Virus record (IMG/VR): IMGVR_UViG_3300000558_000068
Coordinates: 1-64,000 of that record
DNA: 64,000 nt
Strand: one strand, 5' to 3'
Source: an uncultured virus (IMG/VR IMGVR_UViG_3300000558_000068)
Lineage: Duplodnaviria; Heunggongvirae; Uroviricota; Caudoviricetes
Shown here: positions 10,365 to 20,147 of the stretch, piece after piece
How positions within the stretch are numbered: position 1 is the first letter of the stretch
How the letters are laid out: each line of letters starts with the position of its first letter
Position numbers and translations under genes: made by a program
Notes under the pieces: generated by a model
Told to the model about the DNA's origin: nothing
Seen by the model: only the letters and a program-made list of their open reading frames with translations
Databases searched by the model: none

Positions 10365-11415
10365 ATGAGAGAAATGATTCATCAGATATTGAAAGAAAGT
10401 ACCGAAGAAAAATCAAATCCATTATATAAAGATAAAAAAGTTACAGTTAAGCCGGCAGGTAATAAAGGTAATGGATTATTTGCTGCTGTCGATATTAAAA
10501 AAGGCGATACGATATTATTAGCCAAAGTAAAAATAATGTCAGATAAAGACTGGCAATCAATTAAAGATACCGAACCAGTTAAACTATATGGATTCAGATG
10601 GATGGACGAACATGGTATCCTTCTCGGTAAATGGAAATTCAACTTTAAGGATGTTCAGGAAAAATTGTTATGGAAAAAAACAGACTTCTATAAAGAACAT
10701 TGTGAAGATGCATTAAGATTATCCGGATTCCTATATGTAAACGATATTGATAAAGATACCGATGCTAATGTTGAGGAAATTATTAATGTTGATGATAAAA
10801 TTGTGGGGATAAAAGCAATCCGGGATATTAAAGCTGGTGAAGAACTAATCAAAGAATATAACTACGACTGGCGCGAAGAATTTAAATCGTGGCGTGAAGG
10901 TATAACAGAAGGACTAAATATACCAAAGGCACAATATCAATATGGAGATCCAATACAAATTGTTGGCGCCAGTCGAAATAAACCGTGGAAATTCGGACAT
11001 TATATTGATAGAGATTCAGCTGTTGTTTGGTATCGTGACGAGCTATCTGCAGGATCCCAGCCAATGAACCTAAAATATATTAAAAAAAGAATCATTAACG
11101 AAGGTTTAAATTTACCTAANCAAGNNCGATCNNNACACCCCGGAAGGCTGGTTTAAAGATATATTAAACAATTTAACTGAGTATAGATCCCCAAACAGGC
11201 CACTTAACATCTTTTATAAATTGGATAATGAAATTGTAATGGAAATGGAATTCGCTGACCAGGATCAAAATTCTGGCTATTTATGGGTCAGTTACACCAA
11301 AATATGGTCAGTTTTTGAAACTAGATTTAACATGGAATACCAACAAATACAAGGCTTGATCAAAGCTATGGTGGAGGAGACCTATAATTTAAGGGGAGTA
11401 ACACCCTATAAATAA
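10365..11415 (+). CDS. Modular SET-domain protein; probably one gene through 11415, apparent frameshift lies in N-containing bases 11120-11134
   Basis: SET motifs KGNGLFA..DIKKG and AIRDIKAGEEL..Y; two EGLN(I/L)PK linkers; frame after the Ns reads TPEGWFKDILNNL, matching DTPEDWFKNLLTDL that follows the same linker in ORF 56777. Confidence 0.7.
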
Positions 11416-11603
11416 ATCTGCGCTTCGTTGATACAGGTGGAGGAGACCTATAATTTAAGGGGAGTAACACCTCAGTTTCAAATACAGAACTGGGGCCCCA
11501 TGGTGGAGGAGACCTATAATTTAAGGGGAGTAACACCATTATTGTTACATCATCAATTTGCTCGTAAGGTGGAGGAGACCTACAATTTAAGGGGAGTGAC
11601 GAC
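11370..11603 (+). CRISPR. Orphan CRISPR-like mini-array, 4 repeats / 3 spacers, type VI-B-like geometry
   Basis: GGTGGAGGAGACCTATAATTTAAGGGGAGTAACACC at 11370, 11436, 11502 (identical) and 11568 (4 mismatches); unique 30-bp spacers 11406-35, 11472-501, 11538-67; GGTG/CACC terminal pairing; no cas gene recognised; strand is inferred. Confidence 0.85.
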
Positions 11604-12697
11604 TAAATAATCTTAATATCTTTCGTTAATGCAAATTTTGTTCCTTTATCGGGGATTGAAATGTGTCCGGTATCTGTAACGCTTAAATTAACCCCAAGCT
11701 CGTGATTTTTATATTCTGAAACTGTACCAGTGATACCATGTTTATGTTGTTTTAGCCATTTTTCCAAACTAGCCAAATATTGGAATAATAGTTCTCCATA
11801 TGGTATGCTGTAAGCAGTATCGCGATTATTGGGATATGTAAACAAATTGATTTTTTCCCCGACAACATCAACCCTTGTTTTTATATTGTTTATTTTAATT
11901 GGTGTTGTATCAGCATATGGGTCGTATTTGGATTTGTATATGTGTTTAATAAAGTTGGATCCATCATCTGGCTTATTATCAACAAAATATTCGACACCAA
12001 TTTTAGGATCCGGTTCTATTGTAACTTTAATAAATGATTCTTTTTCGTTATATGTTGGTACTTTATCATTTCGGTATTTAAGAAACATTCCTGATCTAAG
12101 AACGATATATTCATTAGGTTTTGTGTTATCTGTTTCTATTTTTTTGATTAATATTTGGCTTGATCCTCTTCCTTCTATTGATATGTCGTTTGTTGTCGGG
12201 TATAATTGTTTGACATCATTGCTTGTCCCTTGAAAGTCAATTATGGGGTCAATATCACTAAAATTGCCATAACTATCAAGATTACGTTTACCGACAGAAC
12301 CCATTGAATTGTTTGCGTTAATGAGCGATGGGATAATCGGCCCAATATAATCGTAACATAAATCATTTTGAGCAATGTCATAAGTAATAACTTTAACCAT
12401 ATCATTAACTGTGGGGAAGATATTATATAATCTCGGTAAAAATGGGTTAGCTATTTTTAGTGTGTCTTTTTCTGGTAATTTGAAAATAATACGCCCGGTT
12501 CCTTTATCTATTGTGCGTTTTGTTGTTAATCCGCTAACTGTATCATTTTTACCTTCAGTTTCGATTAGTTGCTTACGATAAACTTCCCATGACGGATCGC
12601 CTTCAATTGCTAATACCTGACAAACAAAAATAGAACGAGTACTTAGTGCGCTAGTTAAATCAGGATTGTATGATGTATTTTTTAAATTAAGTAACAT
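11603..12697 (-). CDS. Baseplate hub/spike-like (gp5/gpV-like) protein
   Basis: OB-fold-like PFLPR..IFPTVNDMVKV, IEGRGSSQI, C-terminal GELL...HKH metal-apex-like motif. Confidence 0.5.
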   Translation of the reverse strand: MLLNLKNTSYNPDLTSALSTRSIFVCQVLAIEGDPSWEVYRKQLIETEGKNDTVSGLTTKRTIDKGTGRIIFKLPEKDTLKIANPFLPRLYNIFPTVNDMVKVITYDIAQNDLCYDYIGPIIPSLINANNSMGSVGKRNLDSYGNFSDIDPIIDFQGTSNDVKQLYPTTNDISIEGRGSSQILIKKIETDNTKPNEYIVLRSGMFLKYRNDKVPTYNEKESFIKVTIEPDPKIGVEYFVDNKPDDGSNFIKHIYKSKYDPYADTTPIKINNIKTRVDVVGEKINLFTYPNNRDTAYSIPYGELLFQYLASLEKWLKQHKHGITGTVSEYKNHELGVNLSVTDTGHISIPDKGTKFALTKDIKII

Positions 12698-12866
12698 TTG
12701 GCTTATGCTGACTACGTAGGGTTATCTCGTTATCAATTTCTTTAATTTCATCTTCAATTTCTTTCATACGAGCAATTTTTTGAAGCAAATATGCTTTAAT
12801 GGTATTATATTCAGTTTCCAAATTAAAACGACTAACCATTATTTCTTCTATTTTTAAATTTTTCAT
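12687..12866 (-). CDS. Small coiled-coil protein (59 aa, not in ORF track)
   Basis: MKNLKIEEIM...RSQHKPNVT; start coupled to the upstream stop. Confidence 0.6.
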   Translation of the reverse strand: MKNLKIEEIMVSRFNLETEYNTIKAYLLQKIARMKEIEDEIKEIDNEITLRSQHKPNVT

Positions 12867-14713
12867 TATGTAATTGTTCCTCCGCCCTCACTATATCCAA
12901 CTCCGACAGCCGAAACTTGGATACGTGCATTATTTTGTATTTGTTCGATAACAGCGCTAGACATTGCGCTTGCTATAACAACATTAGGATTTGGGCTTCC
13001 ATCCGGCATTGCCTTAGTGTCCATACCCAAATCATTCATTTTTTGTACCGCACTTTGTGTCATTGAAGTTGAGCTTAAACCGGTTTTAGCCATTCCCATC
13101 ATTGCCATTCCCGGAGGTAACATAGTACCCGGAGGAATGTTAGGTATATCAAATAGTTTAACCAAATTATCCAATATTGATTTGCAACTATCAAAATTAA
13201 TCATTGGTAATCTTGGCGGAATTTTACCTTTTAGGGAATTATATAAGTCAAGTAAAGATTTTAGTTGAGTTATATATCCCATTACTTTTTCGCTCAAGAC
13301 TCTCGTAATTATTTTTTTTATTAATCGTATAATTTCTTTTTTAATCTTTTCAAACAATAATTTCAATAAAAATTTCATTATATCTTTAATTATTAACTCA
13401 ATTAATTTACCGAGAAATTGATAATATTCATCTTTTGTTTTCCACAGATCTCTTGGATTTGGATTATCATTAACATAATATCTTTTATAAATAATCCCGA
13501 AATACATTGATATCTTGGGTGAAAATAACGGAGCCGCCAATATTACAGGAAGCATTAATATCATTTTCAAGTTCATGTCACCTTCCAATCCCGGTTTAAG
13601 TGAAAATTTCGTGTTTAATGGAAGATTAATATTGGTTGTTTGATTATGTTTATCTTGCCCAACTTGATTAATTATAGTAGATATTTGTTGCTCGCGATTG
13701 TTACGATTTGCTTTAATGAATTCATCTTTACTTAGGATAGTAACAGTATTTAAATACGATTCATCTAAATTTGGCTGTTGTGGTATAATTGTTGCTGGGA
13801 TTGGCGCATCAACGGGACCAAACTTTAAATTTGTCATTAAAGTTGGGTCATTTTCGTTGTTAGTTTCTGGCTTAAAATCGTTATAGTCTAAGTCGAATGT
13901 GCTTTTTGACCTATCATCTTCAATTTTTTTACAGTTACATTGGTTAAATAGTAATTTCTTTAAAAAATCAAGATCAACATCAAATGGATCTCCTTCTTTT
14001 AAATCAAAAATTGAGTCTAAAAGTTCCTTTAATATTGATTCAGTTGGAAATAAATTAATACTATCAATATACAAATCAACAAAAGATTTCATTCCGATAC
14101 CATTTGGGCCCCAATCTACACCTGCTGGTGGTCCAACCATTATTCGTTCTTGTTGCTCATCGTATGTAAATCTAATAACATCAAGGTTATCCAAATTTTT
14201 CCATGTGAATGTGGTATTATTAGCATCAATATTTGTTTTAATAAATGTGTTTAGATTCCTATCGAAATTTAACTTTTGTATTGGGTCATTAATGTCTTTA
14301 TTAAACAAGCCATAAAAATCATACTGATCAATGTATGGGTATTGTTCCGGTACTTGTGGGGTTAACAAATCTACAACTCCAAAAGGTACATTTAATCTCG
14401 CGTCTGTTCCGCAAGAAATTAATTGTAGCGTATACTGTTTAATAAATTGTTTAAGCTTAGTTTCAATCGATGATAAATTATTCGTCATCAGATCAACCAA
14501 CATTTTTTTTAAGTTTTCTTGTGATCCAACCAACGAAATAAGAATATCGGACATTATTTTCAGTATGTTCTGATTGTCGCTATTTTTGGAATTAAGATAT
14601 CCGGACGTTTGCTTAGTGTCAAGGAATCCATTTAAAGTATTACTTGTACTTATATTTCCTTGAATTTGCCGTATTTTATCGGACAAATTATATGAGTTGG
14701 TTGAATCAGCCAT
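12866..14713 (-). CDS. Large hypothetical, probable virion/baseplate protein
   Basis: 615-aa ORF next to gp5-like gene; function inferred from context only. Confidence 0.5.
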   Translation of the reverse strand: MADSTNSYNLSDKIRQIQGNISTSNTLNGFLDTKQTSGYLNSKNSDNQNILKIMSDILISLVGSQENLKKMLVDLMTNNLSSIETKLKQFIKQYTLQLISCGTDARLNVPFGVVDLLTPQVPEQYPYIDQYDFYGLFNKDINDPIQKLNFDRNLNTFIKTNIDANNTTFTWKNLDNLDVIRFTYDEQQERIMVGPPAGVDWGPNGIGMKSFVDLYIDSINLFPTESILKELLDSIFDLKEGDPFDVDLDFLKKLLFNQCNCKKIEDDRSKSTFDLDYNDFKPETNNENDPTLMTNLKFGPVDAPIPATIIPQQPNLDESYLNTVTILSKDEFIKANRNNREQQISTIINQVGQDKHNQTTNINLPLNTKFSLKPGLEGDMNLKMILMLPVILAAPLFSPKISMYFGIIYKRYYVNDNPNPRDLWKTKDEYYQFLGKLIELIIKDIMKFLLKLLFEKIKKEIIRLIKKIITRVLSEKVMGYITQLKSLLDLYNSLKGKIPPRLPMINFDSCKSILDNLVKLFDIPNIPPGTMLPPGMAMMGMAKTGLSSTSMTQSAVQKMNDLGMDTKAMPDGSPNPNVVIASAMSSAVIEQIQNNARIQVSAVGVGYSEGGGTIT

Positions 14714-15092
14714 TGCTTTGTTCTAAATCAATATCAACGTTTTGGTTTTGTTTAATTTGTTTGAAGGTGTCTCGTAAAAATTTCATCTGATCTGTTGTCA
14801 AATTACTTTCATCTGTTGGTTTCATATTTCCACCTGCCGATATTAATCCTGCTTGTAACTTAGCTAATGCTAGTTTTTTATCAATAGCAAGATCGATGAT
14901 TTTTAATAGATCATTGGTTATTTTACCAACCATTTGAATATCTTCCAGTTCTTCAACTTGCTTTAAAATCTTAATACGTTGCAGCATTGCATCTTTACGG
15001 ATTTCAACACACTCGTTATAGATTTCCTGTAATAGATGATTCAAACTATCGGGTGTTGCTTGAATTTTTGGTTTTTTTGCTCTTGGGCACAT
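14706..15092 (-). CDS. Hypothetical helical protein
   Basis: 128-aa ORF with upstream TATTTAT motif. Confidence 0.6.
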   Translation of the reverse strand: MCPRAKKPKIQATPDSLNHLLQEIYNECVEIRKDAMLQRIKILKQVEELEDIQMVGKITNDLLKIIDLAIDKKLALAKLQAGLISAGGNMKPTDESNLTTDQMKFLRDTFKQIKQNQNVDIDLEQSNG

Positions 15093-15118
15093 AATACATA
15101 TATTTTACTATAAATAGC

Positions 15119-15829
15119 TTAAATATCAGTTTCTATTAAGCCCTTCTTTAGTTCGTAATAAATCTTTTTGTATTTTTTCATACTTTGCCTAACTTCTTTG
15201 GTTGTTAAGTGTGATCGTTCCCGAATAAGAAATAGTATTAAATTCTTATTAAATTTTTTATTTTTAGAGTGTTGAAATATTAGCTCCCAATTTTCAAAGA
15301 TATATAACAACGAATCACCCACTTTTTGTTCGTTCTCGGTTATATCACTAGATTCTAATTGTTCATTAATTTGGTCCTGAATGTTTGTAATTAACCCGTC
15401 ATAGTCAATTGATTCATAATAAGGATCGTAAATATATTTTGGATTGAGCTCTAAATTGGGTGAGTAATCTTCATATGATAAATGTTGATTGCGTTCTTTA
15501 GAGTGTTTAATTAATTGAGCTAAAAGATAGTTCTTGCAAATTGTACCAATGTATGAATACGCTTTTGTTCCCTTTGTTGGGTCAAAATTGTGAATCTTTG
15601 TAATTAAAAAACTAAAAGTGTCTTCTAATAATCGATTAAATGATATGTCCGGCCGGTATAATTTGTACGTTCGAATGATGCTCTCTATCATCTTGGTCAG
15701 AGGAGCTTGTAGTTCTTTTTTAAAGATTTCCTCTCTTTCTCTATCATCTGTCGATGCCATGTACCTTTTAACCGCTAATTCCTCTTTAGGACCAAAATAG
15801 TTTTTGTCCGTGGGCGGTTGTTTGGTCAT
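15119..15829 (-). CDS. Phage sigma factor, T4 gp55-like (late transcription)
   Basis: KNYF, region-2-like HNFDPTKGTKAYSYIGTICKN. Confidence 0.65.
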   Translation of the reverse strand: MTKQPPTDKNYFGPKEELAVKRYMASTDDREREEIFKKELQAPLTKMIESIIRTYKLYRPDISFNRLLEDTFSFLITKIHNFDPTKGTKAYSYIGTICKNYLLAQLIKHSKERNQHLSYEDYSPNLELNPKYIYDPYYESIDYDGLITNIQDQINEQLESSDITENEQKVGDSLLYIFENWELIFQHSKNKKFNKNLILFLIRERSHLTTKEVRQSMKKYKKIYYELKKGLIETDI

Positions 15830-15855
15830 TGTTTCACTTCATTACTTTCATATAA

Positions 15856-16656
15856 TTAGGTTTGATCAATACTTATTTCGCGTTCATAAGGATAGAAGTA
15901 TTCTTTTCTTGCTGTCTGAATCCAAAAATCCGCATCTTTAGGCGAAACGATCAATTCCTGATTAAATTTATAATTCCAAAAAATCGAATTTTCACGGAGA
16001 TTGGTGTGAATGTATCCGACCTTGGGAATTGTCATAGTCTTTACATCTTGGTGAACTAATCTTAATAAAAGTTCATAAACAAAGGTTAATTTTATATTTG
16101 ATTTAAGCCCTCCGAATGTCAAAAAAGAATCCGTTTCAATTACAGCTCCCGATGTCTGAAAGTTAGGGAAATTATTTAGTGATTGCTCGTCTAAAAATCC
16201 CAATTCATCACAAAAGTTCATTGCCCATACAGCTTCGTTGGTTAGGCCCAAAAAGTTTTTCTCTGGATTAATATCAACAACTATTGGTAGCCATATTTTT
16301 ACTTCAGGGTAATGTTTTTCATATTCCAAAACGTGAGTAAACCATTTTTTAGAATATTCATCGTCAAACTCTAGTATCGAAAAATATTTAGTTTTAACTT
16401 TAGACGCAGCAAAATTGATCTGCTTAGCAAAACTATTCGAATCGGGATTAATTAATTTTGTTACGTTTAATCCGTCATAATTATATTCTTCGATAAATTT
16501 GTTCATATCCGGGCAATTACACATAGTTATAATAATTTCATCCGGTTTGGTAATCATATTTTTAACACTATTTATTGCTCTGTCAAAATACGACACTTCA
16601 TGCTCTGCCAGCCCATTAAGGGGGATAATTACAGTTATATTACTTTTTTCTTCCAT
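15856..16656 (-). CDS. Glycosyltransferase, GT2-like
   Basis: ITVIIP, N.AA..VKTKYFSILEFDD (DxD-like), YELLLRL. Confidence 0.75.
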   Translation of the reverse strand: MEEKSNITVIIPLNGLAEHEVSYFDRAINSVKNMITKPDEIIITMCNCPDMNKFIEEYNYDGLNVTKLINPDSNSFAKQINFAASKVKTKYFSILEFDDEYSKKWFTHVLEYEKHYPEVKIWLPIVVDINPEKNFLGLTNEAVWAMNFCDELGFLDEQSLNNFPNFQTSGAVIETDSFLTFGGLKSNIKLTFVYELLLRLVHQDVKTMTIPKVGYIHTNLRENSIFWNYKFNQELIVSPKDADFWIQTARKEYFYPYEREISIDQT

Positions 16657-17756
16657 TACTCAAAAAGATTAATTACGTCAGGGTTATTAGGCGTTTGTGT
16701 TTGAATTTGCGACTCAATTTCTTTAATGGCAACTTCAAATTCACTTATGCGAGATTCAATTAATTTATCGAAATATTCAAGAAATGCTTCTTTTTCCTTT
16801 TCAGGTTTATACATTTCTTCATATTTTCCGGGTATATTTTGTAAATCTTCCGGTAATAAATCTTCTAGCCAAGCAGAAAATGTTTTACCAATAGCATCAG
16901 CAATATCAACGGTATCATTTACCCACACCGCAGCTTTTTCATCATACCAGTCAGGCATTATTGTTGGGCGCGACGCAATAAGAATTGATTTTGTTTTAAA
17001 TGCTTCTAACGGGAATGTACCAAATCCGGATTGTTTATCATCCCAAATCGCAATACAACATTCTTTTAACCCCTTAGCAAATTCTTCACGTCTTAGTCCA
17101 CGCAGATCACGGAAGGTGATCCAACGATATTGCGGAAAACGTAAAAAGAAAGTTTTCATAATTTTCATTGCGTTACGAGGGTCTCTTGTATGAATAGCAA
17201 ATACGGGCTTTTTGGGCTTATCTGAATTCTTAAAATATTCTGGGATTGAAATAGGAACAACATTTATTTTAATTTGAGGAAATAGATATTGTAGATATTT
17301 CTGTTGCGATTCACAGGTGGTAACACATTCAGTTATGTTATAGTTAAGCCACGATTCGCCCGGTTTAATGAATTCTAAAACATAATCATAGGACTGACAC
17401 AAAGCAATGCGTTTAACTGGCATTGATTTAGTTTGTTCCATTACATTAGAGAATATTTCCGGGATAAAGAGAAAATCGTGAGGAAACATATTAACATCTT
17501 TTGTCTCTGCTGATTTATGATCAAGTTCAACGTATTCAGTAGAACCCATCCACTTATCAGGTTTTGTATATTCTTTTTTTTCATGAAGAATTACTGGATT
17601 GTATCCGGATTCTTTTAGGTACTTACCCCATGTATAAATGGTGTTAAGTGATGCTACAGGATTACCACGAGAATCCATAGCAAAGAAATAGACATTAAAA
17701 TCCTTATTTCTTAATTTCTGAATCGCCGCGTTTATTTTTTCTACTTGTTGGCTCAT
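16656..17756 (-). CDS. Glycosyltransferase, GT-B/GT4-like
   Basis: DFLFIPE, SGFGTFPLEA motif. Confidence 0.65.
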   Translation of the reverse strand: MSQQVEKINAAIQKLRNKDFNVYFFAMDSRGNPVASLNTIYTWGKYLKESGYNPVILHEKKEYTKPDKWMGSTEYVELDHKSAETKDVNMFPHDFLFIPEIFSNVMEQTKSMPVKRIALCQSYDYVLEFIKPGESWLNYNITECVTTCESQQKYLQYLFPQIKINVVPISIPEYFKNSDKPKKPVFAIHTRDPRNAMKIMKTFFLRFPQYRWITFRDLRGLRREEFAKGLKECCIAIWDDKQSGFGTFPLEAFKTKSILIASRPTIMPDWYDEKAAVWVNDTVDIADAIGKTFSAWLEDLLPEDLQNIPGKYEEMYKPEKEKEAFLEYFDKLIESRISEFEVAIKEIESQIQTQTPNNPDVINLFE

Positions 17757-18105
17757 GATTTGTTATTATTTTATTTATTATTAATGTGTTAAAAGCGATT
17801 TTAAACGGTACTGGCATATCATCAAAAGAATCTTCATTAACACCTTTTATTAGTTTTTCTGTATCATCCATATCTGCGGTATCTTGCATTGAGAACCCCA
17901 TATTGAAGAAAACATCCATCATCTTATTTACAATTTCATACTTAGTTACATTGATCATAGTATCAGGATTCATATGATTATTATTGCCCTTTAATCCTTT
18001 TTTATATGATTCAACAACAACGGGATCCATTTTTATGTATTCAGAAATCGCATCAATATCCAAATAATAATGTTGTCCATTTATTAATAGTAGATGGTCT
18101 ATCAT
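17704..18105 (-). CDS. Hypothetical protein
   Basis: 133-aa ORF in operon. Confidence 0.6.
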   Translation of the reverse strand: MIDHLLLINGQHYYLDIDAISEYIKMDPVVVESYKKGLKGNNNHMNPDTMINVTKYEIVNKMMDVFFNMGFSMQDTADMDDTEKLIKGVNEDSFDDMPVPFKIAFNTLIINKIITNHEPTSRKNKRGDSEIKK

Positions 18106-18452
18106 AATGTTATAAGTTGGTTTTGAAGTACGACTCTTATTTGTCCCATGGTGTCTTTGATTTTTTGAGCATAATTTCTAGCTCTTCGTCCTGCTGTTTT
18201 ATTTGATTTTATAAAACATTTGTCTACATTTTTTTTCATTTCAGTCGATAGGTAATCAAAAAGACTAATTAGTTCTTCCTGATTATTAATTTTAGCCAAT
18301 TCCTGTTTCCATGTAGAATGACCGCGCTTAGTCACGTTTTTCCCTTTTTCGTTTGTTAACTTAATATCGGGTTCTCTTGATTCGATAATTTCTTCCCAAT
18401 TTTGCATAATCATTTTATTTTTAATTGTTGTTATTAGATTTATTTCTATCAA
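18102..18452 (-). CDS. Histone H1-like (Hc1-type) DNA-binding protein
   Basis: KSNKTAGRRARN resembles the KGNKAAGTRARK core; true start probably a later ATG. Confidence 0.6.
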   Translation of the reverse strand: MIEINLITTIKNKMIMQNWEEIIESREPDIKLTNEKGKNVTKRGHSTWKQELAKINNQEELISLFDYLSTEMKKNVDKCFIKSNKTAGRRARNYAQKIKDTMGQIRVVLQNQLITL

Positions 18453-18463
18453 TTTATCTATTT

Positions 18464-19138
18464 TTATTGATTTATTTCCACCAATTTATTTATATCCGAT
18501 TCCAATAGATCAAAAAGTGAAGGAAATTTCATATCTCCGGTTAAATTTTTATTATGTTCTCTTTCGATAATAATCATTTTTTTATTTTGTGGTTTTATAT
18601 ATTTTACCTCGCCACATGTTATCAATATATCACACATTTTCCAAATATCAATACTATCATCAATAAATTTAATATTATTTCCCTCGAAACCGGTCTTTGA
18701 TAAGAAATATAAAGTTGCCGATTTGGTCTTGGATATCTCGTTTGATATTAGTGTAACCTCAATATTTTCAGGTAATTTATAAAGCCAATCATTAAACATT
18801 ACCATAGAACCCGATTCCATTTCTTTAGCATATCCAAAAATTTCAACCGGGAACTCTGAAAAAATAAAATCATTCATTTCGTCAGCATCCTTAAATGGTA
18901 TATGCTCTAATAGGTTTGTTGATGTTATGGGTAAATTTAAAACTGGGGGTGTAAATCGTACTTGAACACTTTGTGTGTGACCGCTTTCATTAAGTTCGAA
19001 TTTTGTTAAAAACCCATCATTATCATCAGCCTCTGCTTGAGGTTGTTCAATATTATGTTTTCTATATAAAGTAACAATTCTTCCATATACGTTACGAAAA
19101 ACATGATCAATATTAATACCAATTGTGATTTTGCTCAT
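18464..19138 (-). CDS. HAD-family 5'(3')-nucleotidase-like protein, degenerate
   Basis: IGINIDHVFR in place of IGIDxDGV; WKMCDILI. Confidence 0.55.
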   Translation of the reverse strand: MSKITIGINIDHVFRNVYGRIVTLYRKHNIEQPQAEADDNDGFLTKFELNESGHTQSVQVRFTPPVLNLPITSTNLLEHIPFKDADEMNDFIFSEFPVEIFGYAKEMESGSMVMFNDWLYKLPENIEVTLISNEISKTKSATLYFLSKTGFEGNNIKFIDDSIDIWKMCDILITCGEVKYIKPQNKKMIIIEREHNKNLTGDMKFPSLFDLLESDINKLVEINQ

Positions 19139-19139
19139 A

Positions 19140-20144
19140 TTATTTTACATTTTTTAAATCATGTTCCATCATTATTTTTACCAGTTCCTTAAATTTCACT
19201 TTTGGTTCCCACCCTAAAATTGTTTTTGCTTTTGTATAATCACCAAGTAATAAATTAACCTCAGATGGTCTGAAATATTTTGGGTTTATTTCAACAACAA
19301 TTTTACCAGTATTAAGATCAATACCAACTTCATTAACTCCTTCACCGGTCCATTGTAGTTTAATGTTTGTGTGCGTGCAAGCCTCTTCAATAAATTCCCT
19401 GATGCTGTGGGTTTCATTGGTAGCTAACACGAAATCATCAGGTATATCTTGCTGTATCATTAACCACATACCATAAACGTAATCAGGAGCGTGGCCCCAA
19501 TCGCGTTTTGAATCTAAATTACCAAGCTTAATAGGGCGTTGTGTTTTAATCCAATTTGATAATCCAATTGTAATTTTTCTTGTTACAAATGTTTCGCCAC
19601 GCCGTTCCCCTTCGTGATTAAACAAAATTCCGTTGGATATAAACATATTATAAGCCTCGCGATAATTTTTAGCAATCCAATATGAGTACAATTTAGCAAC
19701 CCCATAAGGAGAACGTGGATAAAAGGGGGTTTTTTCGGTTTGAGGTGTTTCTTGAACCAAACCAAATAACTCAGATGTCGTAGCATTATAGATTTTAGAC
19801 TTGGGACAATGTTTTCTTACTGATTCAATAATTTTAAGAGTTCCTAAAGCATCAACATTGCCGGTATATTCTGGCAACTCAAACGATACCTGTACGTGCG
19901 ATTGAGCTGCAAGGTTATATATTTCATCTGGTTTAACCGAATTAATTATACTATCGATATTTAGTGAATCGGTTAAATCACCATAATGTAAATGTAGTTG
20001 ATCAAAAATATGATCGATTCTACCAGTATTAAAAGAACTACTTCGTCTAATAATGCCATGTACTTCGTATTTTTTAGCCAATAACAATTCAGCTAAATAA
20101 CTCCCATCCATTCCAGTAATCCCCGCAATCAAGGCTTTTTTCAT
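19140..20144 (-). CDS. gmd: GDP-mannose 4,6-dehydratase
   Basis: [45 protein letters not shown]. Confidence 0.96.
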   Translation of the reverse strand: MKKALIAGITGMDGSYLAELLLAKKYEVHGIIRRSSSFNTGRIDHIFDQLHLHYGDLTDSLNIDSIINSVKPDEIYNLAAQSHVQVSFELPEYTGNVDALGTLKIIESVRKHCPKSKIYNATTSELFGLVQETPQTEKTPFYPRSPYGVAKLYSYWIAKNYREAYNMFISNGILFNHEGERRGETFVTRKITIGLSNWIKTQRPIKLGNLDSKRDWGHAPDYVYGMWLMIQQDIPDDFVLATNETHSIREFIEEACTHTNIKLQWTGEGVNEVGIDLNTGKIVVEINPKYFRPSEVNLLLGDYTKAKTILGWEPKVKFKELVKIMMEHDLKNVK

Positions 20145-20147
20145 AAA

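Noticed and set aside
11100..11156. Programmed frameshift or pseudogene in the SET gene
   Set aside because: The frame break coincides with N bases, so an assembly ambiguity is the simpler explanation.
11428..11610. 60-aa ORF across the array as an independent gene
   Set aside because: It is a by-product of the 66-bp in-frame unit with a TTG start inside spacer 1; covered under the array findings.
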